This document shows, piece by piece, positions 35,989 through 49,901 of a stretch of 64,000 nucleotides of DNA. A program made the position numbers and the translations under genes. The stretch lies in assembly GCA_951406725.2 (NCBI GenBank), contig OX597814.1, positions 118,730,001 to 118,794,000 on the forward strand, read 5' to 3'. This DNA comes from Octopus vulgaris. Its lineage: Eukaryota. Under the pieces are notes generated by a model. That model saw only the letters and a list, made by a program, of their open reading frames with translations. It did not search any database and was not told the DNA's origin. Position 1 is the stretch's first letter. Every line of letters begins with the position of its first letter.

Positions 35989-38900
35989 TGACTTTTGCTT
36001 TATGTTTGTACAAGTTGGCTCCAAGTCTCACCCAGAGACCTCAAGAGACATACATTTGGGGTTTTTTTGGTGTTGCACTAGTGAATGTCTAATAAATAAA
36101 TTTTTTTTAAAGTTTGTTTTAAACCTTGAGATTACATTGAGAGTATTTTGCGTAGGATATGAGCAGTTCCCATGAGCACTATCTTTTCAATTTCTGCCAT
36201 TTTGGGGTTTCCTGGTATCTGAGTTAGGTAGCAATCAGCCCCTTTCGCTATCATTCCCAGGGCACCTATGCCAACAGGTATTGTTTTAGTCTTCAGCTTC
36301 CACATTTTGCTGATTTCTATTTCAAGATCTTTATATTTGCTCAGTTTTTGGTAGGTCTTGACAGATACGTTTATATCGATTGGGACAGTCATATCAATGA
36401 GGAGGCATGTTCTTTGTCTGAAGTCTTTCAATATGATGTCTGGCCTATTTGCATCTATCTTTCTGTCAGTTGAATGGCGAAGTTCCTGAGGAGTGAGATG
36501 TGGTCATTTTTAAGCACTGGAGGTGGATTGTGTTCCCACCAGTTTTTTTCATGGGGCAAATCCAAGTTTTTGCAAATTACCCAGTGAATTTATTGTGCAG
36601 CTCTATCATGTCTGTTGAGGTACTCTGTAAGCGCTAGAAGACTGCACTTGGAGACAACATGATCAATGGTTTCATTTTGTTGTCGGCATACACGACATGT
36701 TGGGCTACTGCCGCTCTTTAATATGTTGGCCTGGTACGAGGGGCGTTCAATAAGTAATGCCCCTGACCCACTTCCCATAGCAGTAGAGGAACGACACATG
36801 GCACAGTTATTAGTCTTTTCCTACATAGGAACTACCCAGAGTTATGCATTTCTCCCATCGTTTGATACAGCTCTGGAGACCGTTTTTGTAGAAGACCCCA
36901 GCTTGGTCCTCCAACCACGACGTGACTTCAGAAATCAAGGCTGCATCATCTGGGAAACGCTTTCCTTTCAAAATCAACTTCATGGCTGGGAAGAGGTGAA
37001 AATCAGAGGGTGCAAGGGGAGGAGTTCATAGCTGCACGCCTGTGCTTCTGATCTGGCGACACGCGAGTTGTGGACCGGAGCGTTGTCCTGCAGGAGGAGG
37101 ATGCCTTTGCTGATCTTGCCCCGCCTCTTGATTTTGATAGCTACTCTTAATTTCTTCAAAAGGCTCCTGCATAATAGGCTCCTGTAATTGTGGTACCCTT
37201 TGCCAGGAAATCTGTCATCACTACTCCGTCCTGGTCCCAGAAGACTGTGAGCATAACCTCGTCAGCGGAGGGCTGCACCCTTGCCTTATTTGGAGGAGGT
37301 GAGTCACGGTGCTTCCACTGCATTGACTGGGCTTTGGTCTATGGATCATAGTGATGGACCCAGGTTTTTCCTGTGTGATCAGTCTTTTGAAAAATTTTGA
37401 CTCATCTTCTTGGCACATCTCCAAATTCATCCTCGAGCACTCAACGCGTTCTTGCTTCTGGAAAGGTGTGAGCAACCTGGAAATCCATCTGACAGACAGA
37501 CACCTTTTGCATATGCAAATGGTCATGAATGATAGTTTCCACAGACCCGGTACTAATCTTGACCTTATGGGCTATTTGGCGAATAGTTATGCGTTGACCT
37601 TCCAAAATGGCAGCCTGAACTTGACGGACAGACGTCTCATCAATGGCAGAAGGGGGCGACCAAATCTGGGAGCTGTTTCCACAGAGTTCCGACTATGTTT
37701 GAATTCACAATGCCAGTGTTTTACAAGGGCATATGATGGGGCATCATCACCATAAGTTACTTTCATTTCATCAAAAGTCTCCCGTGGTGTGCGTCCTTTC
37801 AAATACAAAAAACAGATCACTGCTCGACACTCAACAGGCTCCATTTCACACTTGACTCAGTTCAAACACCTGTAAATCAGAAACCACAATTAGTTTAGAG
37901 CTGTAATACGCCACTTACTCTATAGAGGTATAGATAAGTGCACATGCAAAATGTCAGCTAGATCAAACAACTGCAAGTGGGTCAGAGGCATTACTTATTG
38001 AACGCCTCTCGTAGTTTCTTGTTGGTAGGCATTGATCTTGAGCTGCTATGATAAACTCTTCTGTTTCAGATTTTAAGCCTGAGGCTATTAGCCATTGATG
38101 GGTCAGGGCTTTGTCGATATTTGCATTATTCGCTCTCTTTGGGTATTTGCCATAGAGAGGTTTTTCTTGCCATTTATTATTCAGAATATCTAAGGCCGCA
38201 GTTTTGGCACGGGTTTTCATGCGCCTAGCTTTTTCTGTGCTTGTTTCTTGTATGTCTATCTCTAATTCCGAAATTGGTTGTATTCGGAATTCACTTAGAT
38301 ATTCCTTTGCCTGTTTTGTGACTGAGTATGATGCTTTCTTGTTTTTATGTTTTGAGACAAGTTTTAACATTCAGTCCTCAGACTTTTTCAGGTAAGTGTC
38401 TAGGCCAATTGTAGCAATCTTCATTGTTATTGCCAGTTGTTAAAGACCAGGGCCTCCCTCTTTTCTTGGCAGATAAAGTCGTTCTGTATCTGCCTTAGGG
38501 TGGTGCATTCTATGCATTGTCAACAGTTTTCGTATTTTTCTGTCGAGCTGACATATTTCAGTAATTGACCTGTTAACGATATTGAAACTGTAAGTCACGA
38601 CTGGTATGGCTAATGCATTGATCGCTTCGATCCTGTTTCTTGCATTCAGCTCTGTCTTGAGTATTGCTCTCACTCTTCGATAACATTCTCTCCTGATCCT
38701 TTCCTTCATCTCTGAATGCCTTATTCCGTTCCCTTCAATTACCCCTAGGTACTTGTAGCTCGCCGCTGGGTCTAGTTCTTTTATGACATTCTGCTGTCAA
38801 GGTTAATGTTAGATGTTTTTGTCATTTTGCACATTTATCGAGGCCGAATTGCATTCTGATGTCGTCACTGAATTATTTGACTATCGCTAGTAAGCCCTTG

Positions 38901-39031
38901 AGTTGTTGGTCATTTTTGGCAAAAAGCTTTAAATCATCCATGTAAATGAGATGATTTATATTTTTTATCAAACATTTTATACCCGTACTGCGCGTCTTTG
39001 AGCAGTTTTGAGAGAGGTATTAAGGCTAAAC
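35985..39031 (-). mobile_element. R4/Dong-type retrotransposon, family C, 5'-truncated, degenerate, interrupted by a mariner
   Basis: HLIYMDDLKLF near 38940; ORFs 38440-38709, 37963-38370, 36590-36799 (CRVCRQQNETIDHVVSKC, RHD) and 36132-36431; flanked by (TTA)n. Confidence 0.92.
36737..38011 (-). mobile_element. Mariner (Tc1/mariner) DNA transposon, 1,275 bp, defective transposase
   Basis: TIRs CGAGGGGCGTTCAATAAGTAATGCCCCTGACCC and GGGTCAGAGGCATTACTTATTGAACGCCTCTCG; TA duplication at 36735-36736 and 38012-38013; ORFs MEPVECRAVICFLYLKG (HTH) and RWISRLLT (WVPxxL-like); host ORF reads PTRNY|QANILK across it. Confidence 0.95.
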
Positions 39032-39113
39032 TAATTATTATTATTATTATTAAAATTTAATAGTACTAGTAGTTGTAGTATTTTTATTATTATTATTGTT
39101 ATCATCATCATCG

Positions 39114-39171
<58 letters not shown>

Positions 39172-39235
39172 TATTATAACTCCTCCTCCTCCTCCTGCTA
39201 CTACTAGTAGCAGTAGTAGTAGTAGTAGTAGTAGT
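39032..39235. repeat. (TTA)/(TCA)/(TCC)/(TAG) compound microsatellite
   Basis: Direct reading. Confidence 0.9.
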
Positions 39236-40374
39236 GTTTCAGCTGATTTTGTTTCGCCATTCTACATTACACCTTGCGGACAGTGCGACAGTACATATAT
39301 TTCTGAATACCTATGTTTATTCCGATGACGATCACGAGCGATTTTCTTTTTCTGAGCAATTTGTTAACCAGTAAAAGATTAGTATAACCAGATTGATATC
39401 ATCACGCAGGTGCGCGCCCACACACTTTGTCATTAATATTGATATACACATTTCCGTTCGTATTGTTCTCTGTGTAGCCATGTTAGATTACCTGATTCTG
39501 TAAGTTTTGTGTTTATGAAGAATAATGATATTTTCAGTTTAATCTTGTAACTTTCGACATAAATCAAAATCTTGAAAATTTCAATAAGATTCATCATCAC
39601 GAGCAGGAGCACTCCTTCAATCTCGTTTGAGCTTGTAATGATAGAAAGTACCATAAATATAATATCAATACTGCCTGCTAGCCATCGTATTGGCAATTAT
39701 GCGCTAAAAAAGATCCGTATTTTTTTACCCACTGGCACGAAATTATAAACAAATTCGTCATCAGATTCTGTTCAAGAATTAAAATGAGGAAAATATTGGT
39801 TTGAAATTTTGGCAGAAGGCCAATATTTTCATAAAAAATCCAGCAAGTGTTTCCATGCGCTCGCACTTCTCTAGATGTCCTTTGGTAAAAATTAAGCTAA
39901 CAGTTGGAAGTTTTCTTAGCTTCTTCATGAGAAAATCGGATACCGTGTTGTATAGCCAGTCAGTTTTCTGGTAGGTGTACCATGGATATTAGCATTCTTT
40001 TTCTAAGTGTTTAAGGAGATGAGCTGCTATTTTTAGTCGGTCAGGTCACTAGTAAATAGCTCAACCTCCCCTGGTTTGTGCTAAAATTTTAAAAGACTGA
40101 CTTCCTTTTCAAAATATATGCTGTGAAGGGAGCGACTTCAGATTTCAATAGTCGAACAACGATGGCTGAATCTTAAATCCTGAATTAGCTTCAAATTAAT
40201 AGGATTGGTGGTGTCACATGATACACCTGTTATTTTGTTTCCAATATAAATATCACCATTTTTGGAACTTAATTTCTCGTTAATGATGGGCGAAGTTTCC
40301 TAAAGAAGCACACATGCATGCACCCGTTAATCCTTCGGATGTTTAACAACGAAATTACTTCTGATAAAAATAAA

Positions 40375-41015
40375 TTGGCCCTGTGTCGAGATGAAATGGT
40401 ACTTATTTCATCGGGCTCGAAGGGGAAGGGGAAATTCAGCCTTGGCCGGATTTGAACTAAGAACGTAAAGGTGAAGATAATGCCACTAAACATTTCGCTT
40501 GGTGTGCAAACGATTCCGCTAGCTCATTGTCTTACATGAAGAAAAATTTCAAGTTATGTTAATATTACACATAAAGACGTCGAGCTGGCAGAATCGTAAC
40601 CGCGCCGGGGAACAAGGCTTAGCGGCATTTCTTCCGATTTTACGTTCGGAGTTCAGATACAATCTAGTTTGCCTTTAATCATTTCGGGGTTGATAAAATA
40701 AGTTCCAGTTGAACATTGGGGTAGATATAATCGATTTATGCCCTCCCCCGGCTCGCTGGCCTTGCGTCGAATTTTGAATCCAATATTACACGGATAATCC
40801 TGGACAGGTGGAGGTTGAACTCATGATCGTAAGGTTGTGGTTTCGATTCCTGGACCGGGTGATGCGTTGTGTTCTTAAGCAAAACACTTCATTTCACGTT
40901 GCTCCATTCCATTCAGCTGGCAAAAATGAGTACTCCTGCGACGGACCGGCGAATTTCTACGACACTGAAACCAGGAAAACGGCCCTTATGAGCCTGGCAT
41001 GGCTCGAGAAGGAAC
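40375..41015. mobile_element. Cluster of degenerate SINEs (minus copy 40375-40530, plus copies 40575-40785 and 40800-41015)
   Basis: GAGCTGGCAGAATCG head; GATTTGAACT reversed B box; GGTTTCGATTCC B box with GGCCCTTATGAGCC tail. Confidence 0.65.
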
Positions 41016-41779
41016 ATACCTGGTCAGGGATTCTTCTACCTTAGATCTGTTTAATGAATGTTAGTGTTACCTTAAATGTTAAATTCAACAACTGTTAGCA
41101 ATTAGATGCCAAATATATTTTAATTGGTTCTTTATGTAGCTGAAATACGATCGAAGATATTTCAAATACGGTTTTATGTCACTTCTAAAATCTTTCCTTT
41201 ACGTGAACCAGTTCCATTAGCATGCTGTAAGCCATTTCTCTATCAAGCGTGGCCACAAGAGTATTTCTTGCCTTTATTGTTATATGGATATCATGCCTGA
41301 AGGGATTTATATACTTAAAGGTTTTTTGAACCCGGACATTCCAGAAATTCAAGGGTAGATCACGTTACCTCATGCTTCCATGGCTGTGAATTATACACAG
41401 CTCATTACGAATATTCCCATTAATGCATTCTACGTTTACGTTGTTGCTGTTGATTAGAATAATGATCGAATCTGCATTATGGAATCAATACACAGCTAGT
41501 TGTATTTCACTGACATATGCTAGGTGCTTCGGCCAACTACATGGGTGTAAGAACTGCTTTGTGGTAGGTCTTGCTGTTGGTCACGAAAACTAATCCTTAG
41601 CGCATTTGAAAGTATCAGGTGTAGCCTCTAGTAGAGTACATTCATTCGTAAACTTCTGTCTACTAGATTGTGAATCCGTGAAAAAGTAATAGGGTTTGTT
41701 CTTTCTCTTCTGATTAATACATAAATAAATGTCTCTGGCATATTAATAACAAATGATGGTTCAAAGTGTTATATCTGTG

Positions 41780-41995
41780 TCTTTACTACCCACATAGAGG
41801 GGATAAACAAGGACAGACAAAAGGATTAAGTCGATTACATCGATCCCAGTGCGTTACTGGTACTCAATTGGTCGATCCCGAAATGATGAAAGGCAAAGTC
41901 GACCTCGGTGGAATTTGAACTCAGAACGTAACGGCAGAGGAAATACGGCGACGTAGTTCACCCGGCGTGCTAGCGGTTCTGCCAGCTCGCCGTCT
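41780..41995 (-). mobile_element. tRNA-derived SINE (13420 family)
   Basis: TTTACTACCCACA...GTCGACCTCGGTGGAATTTGAACTCAGAACG...TGCCAGCTCGCCG. Confidence 0.85.
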
Positions 41996-42879
41996 TCCAA
42001 AGAGTTATATCCAGTCTATGGATGATGTTTTTGCGAAACTTATTTGATACGTTTTATCATATACACACACACGCCCACACACGCTCGCACGCGCGAACAC
42101 CATTGCCCATATGCGAAAACACATAATTGTAAACACTAAAACGCTAACACACTAAAACAACGGCAAGATTGCGCATATATTTGCACACACTTTCTACTCA
42201 AACGAATTTAAAACAGCCGAGCTAACTCATCAATTATTTATATGCACTATCTTGCAGTCTATATCTGAAAATTTTCTCCGTCTTCTCTAAAATATGTATT
42301 ATACACTCTCTTCTAAATATATATTAATACATCTATATCAAACAGAAATCAACTCTCATTAACATCTGCAACTTCATTACATCCGACTCGGCTTCAATTT
42401 CAATATTTACGATTCACTTCTTTTTACTAACTTATCTATAATCAATAATATAATTTCAGCTACATATTTAATTTTATAAAATTTGAAATTCAAATAAACA
42501 CCAAAGGTTAAATAAGCTTGTTACAATTCAGAATTTGTAAATTAAAGTCACTTATTGAAGCTATAGGGTCGGTAATATAGCTTCAAATTAACACGTAATT
42601 GTGTTTGTTTAATAATTAATGCTGTGCTGTATATTTCGTTACAAATTAGAAACGTGACATATATTTACTTGAAGGTGTAATCTAATGTGTATATAATTAG
42701 AAATATTTAGATTCATTCACTCGGATGTAGTTTTAAAGATATTTAGCTTGTTTTTGTTACATATTCTTAGTCATACGATTATTCTGATCACTAGATTTAT
42801 TTGTTGTCTTGTTTGCTTTACTGACGAAATATATCTAGGAGAAGCTGATCCAAAACATTCATTAATTCAGAGATAACAC

Positions 42880-43720
42880 AATTCCGCAGAGGTCGACTTT
42901 TCATCCTTGGAGCTCGATGAAATAAATGCCTAACAGTTGAGAGCTGATGTCGAAATAATCGACTTGTTTCTACTCAAAATTGCTGGACTTGTGCCCAAAC
43001 TAGAAACAAATAATCCTTTCTACTATAGACACAATGCGTGAAATGTTATGGGAGGAGATGGTCGATTATATCGACCCCAGTGTTTCACCGGTACTTAAGT
43101 TATCGACCCCCGAAATGAGGAAAGGCAAAGTTGACCTCAGCGGAATTTGAACCTAGAACGTAGCGACGTTCAAAATGCCGCTAAGCATTTCGTCCAGCAA
43201 GTTCACGATTCTGCCATCTCGCCACCACTAAAAGGAAATAATTCTTTCTATTATAGTCACAAGGCATGAAATTTGGGGGAGCGGGATAGATGATTATATC
43301 CACCCAAGCATTCAAATAGTACTCATTTTATCGACCCCGAAACGATGAAATGTGAAGTCAACCTCGCCGGAATTTGAACCCAGAACGTAGCGACACTCGA
43401 AATACCTATTTCTTTACTACCCACAAGGAGCTAAACACAGAGAGGACAAGCAACGACAGACAAATGGATCAAGTCGATTATATGGACCCCAGTGCGTACC
43501 TGGTACCTATTTAATCGACCCCGAAAAAATGAAAGGCAAAGTCGACCACGGCGGACGAAATACTGCTACGCATTTCGTCCAGCGAGCTCACGATTCTGCC
43601 AGCTCGCTGCCGCCACTAGAAACAAATGATACTGCCGAGATGGACTTCACCTTTTATCCTTTCGACATTCGAGGGCTATGAAATAAGTACTAATGAAGTA
43701 CTGCGGTGGATGAAATCGAA
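42880..43720 (-). mobile_element. Tandem cluster of SINEs (13420 family), mostly minus strand
   Basis: Three ATCGACCCC...AAAGTnGACC copies at 43015-43615, plus degenerate plus-strand pieces on either side. Confidence 0.8.
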
Positions 43721-44269
43721 TACCATCCCTGATAATTCAAGCCAAATCCATTTAATATAGGTGATATTTAACCATATGTTGTCTTTTGTTTCTCTAAGAT
43801 TGAATAATTATATAAACACACTCTTGTTTCATATTAATTCATTAATCATTATAGATATAACTATCAAACTTCCCGCAAATTATATTCATTCAAAACCAGT
43901 CGGGAAAAACGTTACAGAGGAAATGAATTAAAAGCAGTAATAGTATCATTAGATGGAAACAATATGCTATTTACTGCCTATCATTTCCATTGTTACGTTA
44001 GGACGACCATATATGTATTATCTATCTTTACTGAATGTTTGATTGGTTTGAATGTATCGAGGTCATTTGTCCAAACTCCTCTACTAATGACTAAGTTTCA
44101 TGAGGAGGTAGATATAGCGCAGTTTAAGAGCTTCAGTTAACTATACATTTCAAAGACGTTAATATCTGCAAAGTTCTCCATCTAACCTTGCATCACAAAA
44201 GTAAAAGAAACGCACTATGACTCCCGACATTATCTACCTACCCTACAAACCATTCCTCTTGTATCTCTC

Positions 44270-44329
<60 letters not shown>

Positions 44330-44401
44330 TTTGGATTTGGTTTGCAAGAATCTTTATATTATAAGGCACAAAAAGAAAATGACTATCTCCACACACAACA
44401 G

Positions 44402-44433
<32 letters not shown>

Positions 44434-45167
44434 TGTGTGTATGTGTGTGAGTGAGTGTGTATTTATGTAATTGTGTATGTATGACTATTACATATAATAC
44501 AAGAGAATTAGCGTAATCGAATCAATACAGTATTGAACACAAGGCAAGACACACATAAGAATCTAAAAACTCTGTTCAGGTACGTATCACGACAAAATGT
44601 CATTTTATGGTAGAAAGGAATTCACACCGCTCAAGCACACGGGAGTTCTAACGGAAATCTGGACAAGGCACTTAACTACCTTCTCATTTCTAATCTGAAG
44701 TATCTTTGTAGTTATTTAGCAATAAATCTGTGCATTACTGAATACATTAAACATAATGATGCAGCGGCTCAGTCGAGCTATATTTTCATTTCTTTTATGT
44801 TGAGATTGATTTATGCATATTTAGTCGGAACATTTTAATGGTTATTTAAATTTTCAAGAGAAACCCGTCATATACATATTCGATTTCTAGGTGGAAGATT
44901 AACCTGATTTCAAACTACGATGACTGACTGTCTGGATGTATTCCAGTACTTTTGTACTAATTAGCGTCATCACAGCTTCCAACGATTTCCAGACGGATTC
45001 AAAAATATTCAAAGTTGCCGGATGTAAAGCTACATTTCGCTCATCATGACAAGCTAAAATGTCCTGTTCATATCTTTTATACATTTACATACACACACCC
45101 ACACGCACGCAAGCACACACACACACACACATAAATACATAAATACATAAATATGTATAAATATATA

Positions 45168-45197
<30 letters not shown>

Positions 45198-45198
<1 letters not shown>

Positions 45199-45500
45199 GG
45201 AGGCGCAATGACGCAGTGATTAGGGCAGCGGACTCGCAGTCGTAGGATCGCGGTTTCGATTCCCAGACAAGGCGTTGTGGGTGTTTATTGAGCGAAAACA
45301 CCCAAAAAGCCCCATGAGGCTCCGGCAGGGTTGGTGGCGATCCCTGGTGTACCCTTTTGCCACAACTTTCACTCTTTCTTCTGGTGGCCTCCTCGCTTAG
45401 CCAGCGAGGTGGCGTCATTTGAAGGCTAAAACAATGCGAAGTGCAATGTGACCAGCGATGTGTAGCAACATCTGATAGCCTGGTCGGTCACGGTGATCAC
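45198..45500 (+). mobile_element. tRNA-derived SINE (third family)
   Basis: GGAGGCGCAATGACGCAGTGATTAGGG (A box), GGTTTCGATTCC (B box), GAGCGAAAACACC body; head shared with 47235 and 48873. Confidence 0.8.
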
Positions 45501-45503
45501 AGT

Positions 45504-45538
<35 letters not shown>

Positions 45539-45544
45539 AGACAT

Positions 45545-45592
<48 letters not shown>

Positions 45593-45736
45593 TTTTATTC
45601 TTTTACTTGTTTCAGTCATCTCACTGCAGCCATGCTGGAGCACCACATTTAGTCGAACAATTCGACCCCAGGACTTATTCTTCGTAAGCCTAGTACATAT
45701 TATATCGCTCTCTTCTCACGATCTGCACGCACACAA

Positions 45737-45828
<92 letters not shown>

Positions 45829-45852
45829 ATACATATATATATATATAAATAA

Positions 45853-45906
<54 letters not shown>

Positions 45907-47057
45907 GCATGAAGTTACCCAATTAAACTTCTTAAGTAAATTAATTGTAGCGGCCTCGTTATTGTTACAGTTTCTCTTAGACAGGGTAGCTTTCGGAAGA
46001 GTGCTGCTGTATACCCATATATCTTTCATATTTCAGTTTTAAATACGTCTTCCTTCAATTAGAGGTGTGTTCACCATGAACAGCAATGCAAAAGCGATAC
46101 AAGCTCGTTGTTACTGTGGCAGTATCTCAGAATTCATTACAATTAAAGAAACCATAGCTTTGTCTTTATTAATTTTTCATTACAACGAATTTCCCACAAG
46201 TTGACGACCTAAGAATGTTGAACATTTTGAAAGCGAAAATGAGTGAAACAAAGGATTGCGTGGGGGAGTAAATTTGTTGGCAACTGCTAAATTTATGAAT
46301 ATCTGGGTATTATCGAACTACTGTAGTTGCGTTTAATATTGCAAGAGATAATATTCCTTGAAAATTCTAGAGACCATATTAAGGATCAAGTGAAATGCTG
46401 TAATTGATCTATTCGCACTCTGGAAGAGAAATATTAGAGACGATAGAACTTAACATATCAGATTGTTTATTGTCGGGGCTATCTTAGTAGACATCCGCCC
46501 AAGGTTCCACGCAGTGTGACTGACCCCACACTGAAAAAAAAAAACAAGCACAAATTACGTTTCTTTTCACGTTGATGTATAATTTTGTTCATTTTCAATG
46601 TTAAGTATAACAATATTATAAGTTTTATCGTTATAATTTTTTTTAAGAAAGTTCAAATTTGGTTAACTTTCAAATAGCAGGACTTTCTAATAAAATCAAA
46701 ATTTTATCAAAGGAAAGCATTGTTGGTATACATGAGCCACTTGCAAAAATCCTCAGCATAACTTGTTTGCATAAATTCAATTAAATATGAAAATAGCAAT
46801 ATAAAAATTGTCTAAATTCAGACTAGCGTTTTTTACGCGAAATTGTACTTGCAATCAATAGTCTGATATCACATGTACATTTTTCCTACGTTATAATTCT
46901 TCTTGTTTCGCTATCAAATTATTGCTTGAAAACGTTAGGCGTTTCAGTTTCCACATGAGTCATCTTTGCAAAAACTTTTATTTTGTTTCCTCTGAATCTA
47001 GTGAGTCATTCTGTCAATGTCAGTTCGACAGAAAATATATCGAAGATGCATTCTGGA

Positions 47058-47097
<40 letters not shown>

Positions 47098-47234
47098 TTA
47101 GTATTACATCAAGCTGAGAGTCACTTATCTCAGCATCTTTATGACTTAATTTCTAAAATATACCTTAATGTAAATGACGCAAATTTACCTCTAAATATTA
47201 ATTAAAATTAAATCTATACTATATATTTAAACTG

Positions 47235-47535
47235 TGGATGCACATAGCCTAGTCGTTAGAGCGGTTGACTAGCGATAGGGGGATCGTGGTTTCGAATTTC
47301 GGGATGGACGATGTGTGTGTGTTTATGAGCGAAACACCTAAGCTCCACGCGGCTCCAGAAGAAGGTAATGTCGAACTTCTGCTGACACTTTCGCCACAAT
47401 TTTCTCTCAGTCTTTCATCCTGCATCTTGCGGCTCGCCTGTGACGGACTGGCATCTCGTCCAGGTGGGGAGACTATACGCCAAGGAAACCTGGGAACCGG
47501 CCCTTATGAGCCAGGCATGACTCGAGAAGGAACAC
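47235..47535 (+). mobile_element. tRNA-derived SINE (third family, degenerate)
   Basis: TAGCCTAGTCGTTAG...GGTTTCGAATT...GAGCGAAACACCTAAGCTCCACG; tail GGCCCTTATGAGCCAGGC. Confidence 0.7.
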
Positions 47536-48577
47536 ACATATATTTGAACTCAATACCTCTGAAAGGATGACGAATTTTATCCCTAAAGAATACAATATTA
47601 ATTCAGATATATTTCTGCATTCATATGAATGATATATCCACGTTCAATCATACATGGTTCAATTCTAATACCAAGTGTAACTGACTTTTACCAATATAAT
47701 TTTCAGCTGCTTTCATGTATGTGATAGCGATTAGAAGATGCTGGTGTCACATACACAATGATATACTAGTAAGATCCAATTACAAGAACTAACAAAACCA
47801 CCACTCCGGAAGAGTTTACAATGATGTCTCCAAATATACATTGTATCTACATGAAATGTTAACGTGCATTTTTGGGCAACTGTTGCAATATATTATACTT
47901 TAATCTCCAGACAAACAGAAACCATGCGTGGTTTCAATTTCCTGTTGCTATGATGCTTAAAGACATAGGCAATACAATTTCTAATATCAGCACAACATTT
48001 GACTTTAGTTCTAAACACCTTGAGCTATAACTAGACCAAATAACAATATATTCTACATTCTGTATGCTCAAAAAACAAGACAATATGAAAATCATCTAAA
48101 CGTGACACTAAAACGTGACACTAAGTGAATTTCAGTGTTAATTTCCGATTCTCGTATGTTGTGAATACAAATACAAACGATAGTTAAATTGCCTTAATCC
48201 AATAGACTGCATAAAGCAAGTACTAAAGATTAATTACTTAACAATAATAACTCCACATTATACAGAAATCATTTGCCTGAAACTTTTCTCAAACAACATT
48301 CATAGAGAGAATACAGGGTAGCATAATGTGTATAGTGCTGGATTCCAAAGCGTATAATGATGTGTGCGTCAGTGTGTGCGTGTGTGTGTGTGTGAGAGTG
48401 ATTGTGTGTGCGTAGGATGTAGGTCTTGTGAATGTGTTTATTTGATAGTGCAGGTGGGGAAATGACAGAGTCGTTAAAGCGTGGGTGAGATGACCCTGCG
48501 TTATTCGTTTCAAATTTTTATCCGGCCAGTTCAAATTCGTGTGATGTTTATTACCTTTCATATTTCTTTTATTCATG

Positions 48578-48873
48578 CGCCCTTTTGAAGTCTAGTCAGG
48601 CTCATGGGTCCGGTTTCCCGTTTTCTGTGACGTATGTGCCCCCCCCCCCCCCAGGTGGGCGGGACGCCAGTCCATCGCAACGTTACTCAAGAAACAGGAA
48701 GAGAAAGTGAAAGAAAGTTGGGGCAACAGGGGTCGCCACCAACCACTGCCGGAGCCTCGTGGAGATTTCGGTGTTTTCGCTCAATAAAAACACATAACGC
48801 CCGGTCTCGGAATCGAAACCGCAATCCTCCGACCTCGATGCCGCTGCCCTAACCATTGGGCCATTCCGCCTCC
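48578..48873 (-). mobile_element. tRNA-derived SINE (third family)
   Basis: Reverse complement of the 45198/47235 head and the 47500 tail. Confidence 0.75.
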
Positions 48874-49429
48874 ACTACCTTTCATATTTACGGAATCAAC
48901 AAAGAAATTTCCACTCCTAGACAAAGGTTAGTGCCTCTCTTTACTTCTTTTCTGTTTGCTATGTTTTATTTTTTCTTGCCATTCAGTGTCACCTTCTGGC
49001 GACAACTTATACTCTGGGACCAAGTTGCCTATTTTTAATTTGTCCAGAAAATAGTGTATACTAAATTCGTCAAAGATTTGAGACATGTTACGAAGAGCAT
49101 TACTATGGCAAAATTGGAATGCATAACGACATATATACCTCTTCAAGGGGGTGGGGAGTAACTGTCACCTAAATTCCTCTACTATCACGGATGTTAGGTT
49201 CCAACACCTTCCCCCGTGATACGTGAAAATCCGTGAAGCAGAAACAGTACTGTACAAAACGCGGAGTAGAGTAAGAGGGACAACTGATGAAGGGGAATAT
49301 TCTTTATGTTGCATGATTCTCTGATTGTTTTTGTCTTTCGTTGTTTGGAAAATGTTCGTTTTCTATGATTTTGCTTTTATGTTTTCGTATCTCATTGTGT
49401 TCAACGTTTTGTTTCATGTCCTGTGCTAA

Positions 49430-49554
49430 TATATGCATGTATATATACATATATATGTAGGTATGTACATATATGTATGTATATATACATATAATTATAT
49501 ATCATTTATATTAGTATATGATCGAACACCACGCATTATTTTTCAACTATATAT

Positions 49555-49632
<78 letters not shown>

Positions 49633-49701
49633 TATAAATATATATATATATATATGTATATATATATGTATATATATATACATATATATATATATATCTG
49701 T

Positions 49702-49755
<54 letters not shown>

Positions 49756-49767
49756 TATATATATATA

Positions 49768-49803
<36 letters not shown>

Positions 49804-49847
49804 GTGTGTGTGTGTATATATATACATATATATATATATATATCTGT

Positions 49848-49883
<36 letters not shown>

Positions 49884-49900
49884 TCACACACAATATAATA
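49430..49900. repeat. Long interrupted (TA)n microsatellite
   Basis: Direct reading; similar tracts at 26178-26336, 32424-32515, 45505-45903 and 59030-59235. Confidence 0.95.
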
Positions 49901-49901
49901 T

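Noticed and set aside
39780-39990. Minus-strand open stretch YPWYTYQKTDWLYNT...IFTKGHLEKCE, vaguely like a Polinton accessory protein
   Set aside because: Resemblance too weak, and no other Polinton genes or TIRs nearby.
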